Shown here: positions 62,240-64,000 of the stretch, one piece after another
Numbering within the stretch: the first letter of the stretch is position 1
Layout of the letters: every line of letters begins with the position of its first letter
Source of the DNA: Scyliorhinus canicula
Lineage: Eukaryota
DNA: 64,000 nucleotides
Direction of reading: 5' to 3'
Assembly: GCF_902713615.1 (NCBI RefSeq)
Contig: NW_024055461.1
Location: forward strand, 2,411,323 to 2,475,322
Position numbers and translations under genes: made by a program
The notes under the pieces: generated by a model
What the model saw: only the letters and a program-made list of their open reading frames with translations
What the model was told of the DNA's origin: nothing
Database searches by the model: none

Positions 62240-63040
62240 ATATGTGTAGTGCAAATCTAAAGAGCTGGTCATCGACTTCAGGAAGCAAAGTACTGTAGAC
62301 ACCCCTGTCAGCGTCAACGGGGCCGAGGTGGAGATGGTTAGCAGTTTCAAATTCCTAGGGGTGCACATCACCAAAAATCTATCCTGGTCCACTCACGTCG
62401 ACGCTATCACCAAGAAAGCACAACAGCACCTATACTTCCTCAGGAAACTAAGGAAATTCGGCATGTCCACATTAATCCTTACCAACTTTTACAGATGCAC
62501 TATAGAAAGCATCCTATCGGGCTGCATCACAGCCTGGTATGGCAACTGCTCGGCCCAGGACCGCAAGGAACTTCAGAGAGTCGTGAATACCGCCCAGTCC
62601 ATCACACGAACCTGCCTCCCATCCATGGACTCCATCTACACCTCCCGCTGCCGGGGGAAAGCGGGCAGCATAATCAAGAATCCCTCCCACCCGGCTGACT
62701 CACTTTTCCAACATCTTCCATCGGGCAGGAGATACAGAAGTCTGAGAACACGCACGAACAGACTCAAAAACAGCTTCTTCCCCACTGTCACCAGACTCCT
62801 AAATGACCCTCTTATTGACTGACCCCATTAACACTACACCCTGTATGCTTCAACCGATGCCAATGCTTATGTAGTTACATTGTATATCTTGTGTTGCCCT
62901 ATTATGTATTCTCATGTATTTTCTAGAATTTTGTTTAATTCCCTTTTCTTCCATGTACTGAATGATCTGCTGAGCTGCTTGCAGAAAAATACTTTTCACT
63001 GTATCTCGGTACACGTGACAATAAACAAATCCAGTCCAAT
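62240..63040 (+). mobile_element. Rex1/Babar-clade non-LTR element, 3' part
   Basis: ORF 62328-62822: FKFLGVHIT..LSW..., FYRCTIESILSGCITAWYG, LPSGRRYRS...RLKNSFFP. Confidence 0.85.
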
Positions 63041-63149
63041 CCAAACTCTCAGCTAAAATCACCATGAATCAGCTCTCTCGCAAAACGAAAGAGCAGCCAT
63101 GGCCCTCGGGAACTTTTGTTACCTTTGATCGGAGGGAATTGAGCATCAA

Positions 63150-64000
63150 GAGAGGCACCCTGGAGTGAGTGCAGGGGGATGGTGTCAGAGGGAATGGAGC
63201 CGGGAGAGAAGATCCCTGGGGTGATATTCAGTGAGTTCAGGGGATGGTATCAAAGTGAATGGAGCAGGGAGAGAGGATCCCTGGTGTGATGATCAGCGAG
63301 TTCAGCGGGATGGTATCAGAGGGAATGGAACAGGGAGAGAGGATCCCTGGTGTGATGATCAGTGTGTTCAGGGGGATGGTGTAAGAGGGAATGGAGCGGG
63401 GCCAGAGGATCCCTGGAGTGATGTTCAGTGAGTTCAGGGGGATGATAGCAGAGTGAATGGAGCAGGGCGAGAGGATCCCTGGTGTGATGATCAGTGAGTT
63501 CAGGAGGATGGTATCAGAGGGAATGGAGCAGGGAGAGAGGATCCCTGGTGTGATGATCAGTGAGTTCAGGGGGATGGTATCAGAAGGAATGGAGCCGGGA
63601 GAGAGGATCCCTGGGGTGATGTTCAGTGAGTTCAGGGCAATGGTATCAGAGGGAATGGAGCAGGGAGAGAGGATACCTGGGGTGATGTTCAGTGAGTTCA
63701 GGGCAATGGTATCAGAGGGAATGATCAGGGAGAGAGGATCCTGGGTGATGTTCAGTGAGTTCAGGATGATGGTATCACAGTGAATGGAGCAAGGAGAGAG
63801 GATATCTCGGGTCATGCTCAGTGAGTTCAGGGGGATGATAGCAGAGTGAAGTGGAGCCGGGAGAGAGGATCCCTGGGGTGTTCAGTGAGTTCAGCGGGAT
63901 GATATCAGAGGGACTGAAGCCGGGAAAGAGGATCCCTGGGGTGATGTCCAGTGAGTTCAGCGGGATGATAGCAGAGTGAATAGAGCAGGGCGAGAGGCAG
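63150..64000. repeat. 66-bp unit minisatellite (~13 copies, runs off the window)
   Basis: Unit ~gttcagggggatggtatcagagggaatggagcagggagagaggatccctggtgtgatgatcagtga; gives 22-aa periodic ORFs. Confidence 0.92.

Noticed and set aside
63150-64000. Regular repeat considered as a CRISPR array
   Set aside because: Tandem units with no unique spacers, in a vertebrate context.

Overview
Vertebrate genomic DNA, almost certainly from a cartilaginous fish: it is dense in HE1-type tRNA-derived SINEs, CR1-type LINEs and shark-style TCR V genes. The first ~46 kb is a T-cell receptor alpha/delta-type V array with about 14 V segments or relics in both orientations. Only four keep an intact leader plus V exon (27.1, 40.6, 42.4 and 44.9 kb), and three of those have non-canonical RSSs. 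The main discovery is at 7.8-9.1 kb (minus strand), embedded among the TCR Vs: a compact, apparently intact immunoglobulin-heavy-chain-type cassette, leader-V(23RSS)-(12)D(12)-(23RSS)J with a WGHG J and splice donor. No constant exon was found downstream in the window. Its layout resembles the NAR-TCR / TCR-mu 'extra V domain' cassettes, but the V and J are IgH-like. Also present: CTCF motifs tied to V RSSs and promoters, inverted and tandem V-unit duplications that carry a tRNA-Thr, palindromic Penelope-type elements with minimal hammerhead ribozyme cores, a tRNA-Glu, and a two-exon GPR139/142-like GPCR with one nonsense codon. The window also contains L1, RTE and Rex1 fragments and ends in a 66-bp minisatellite. 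All alignments were done by eye; repeat boundaries are approximate.
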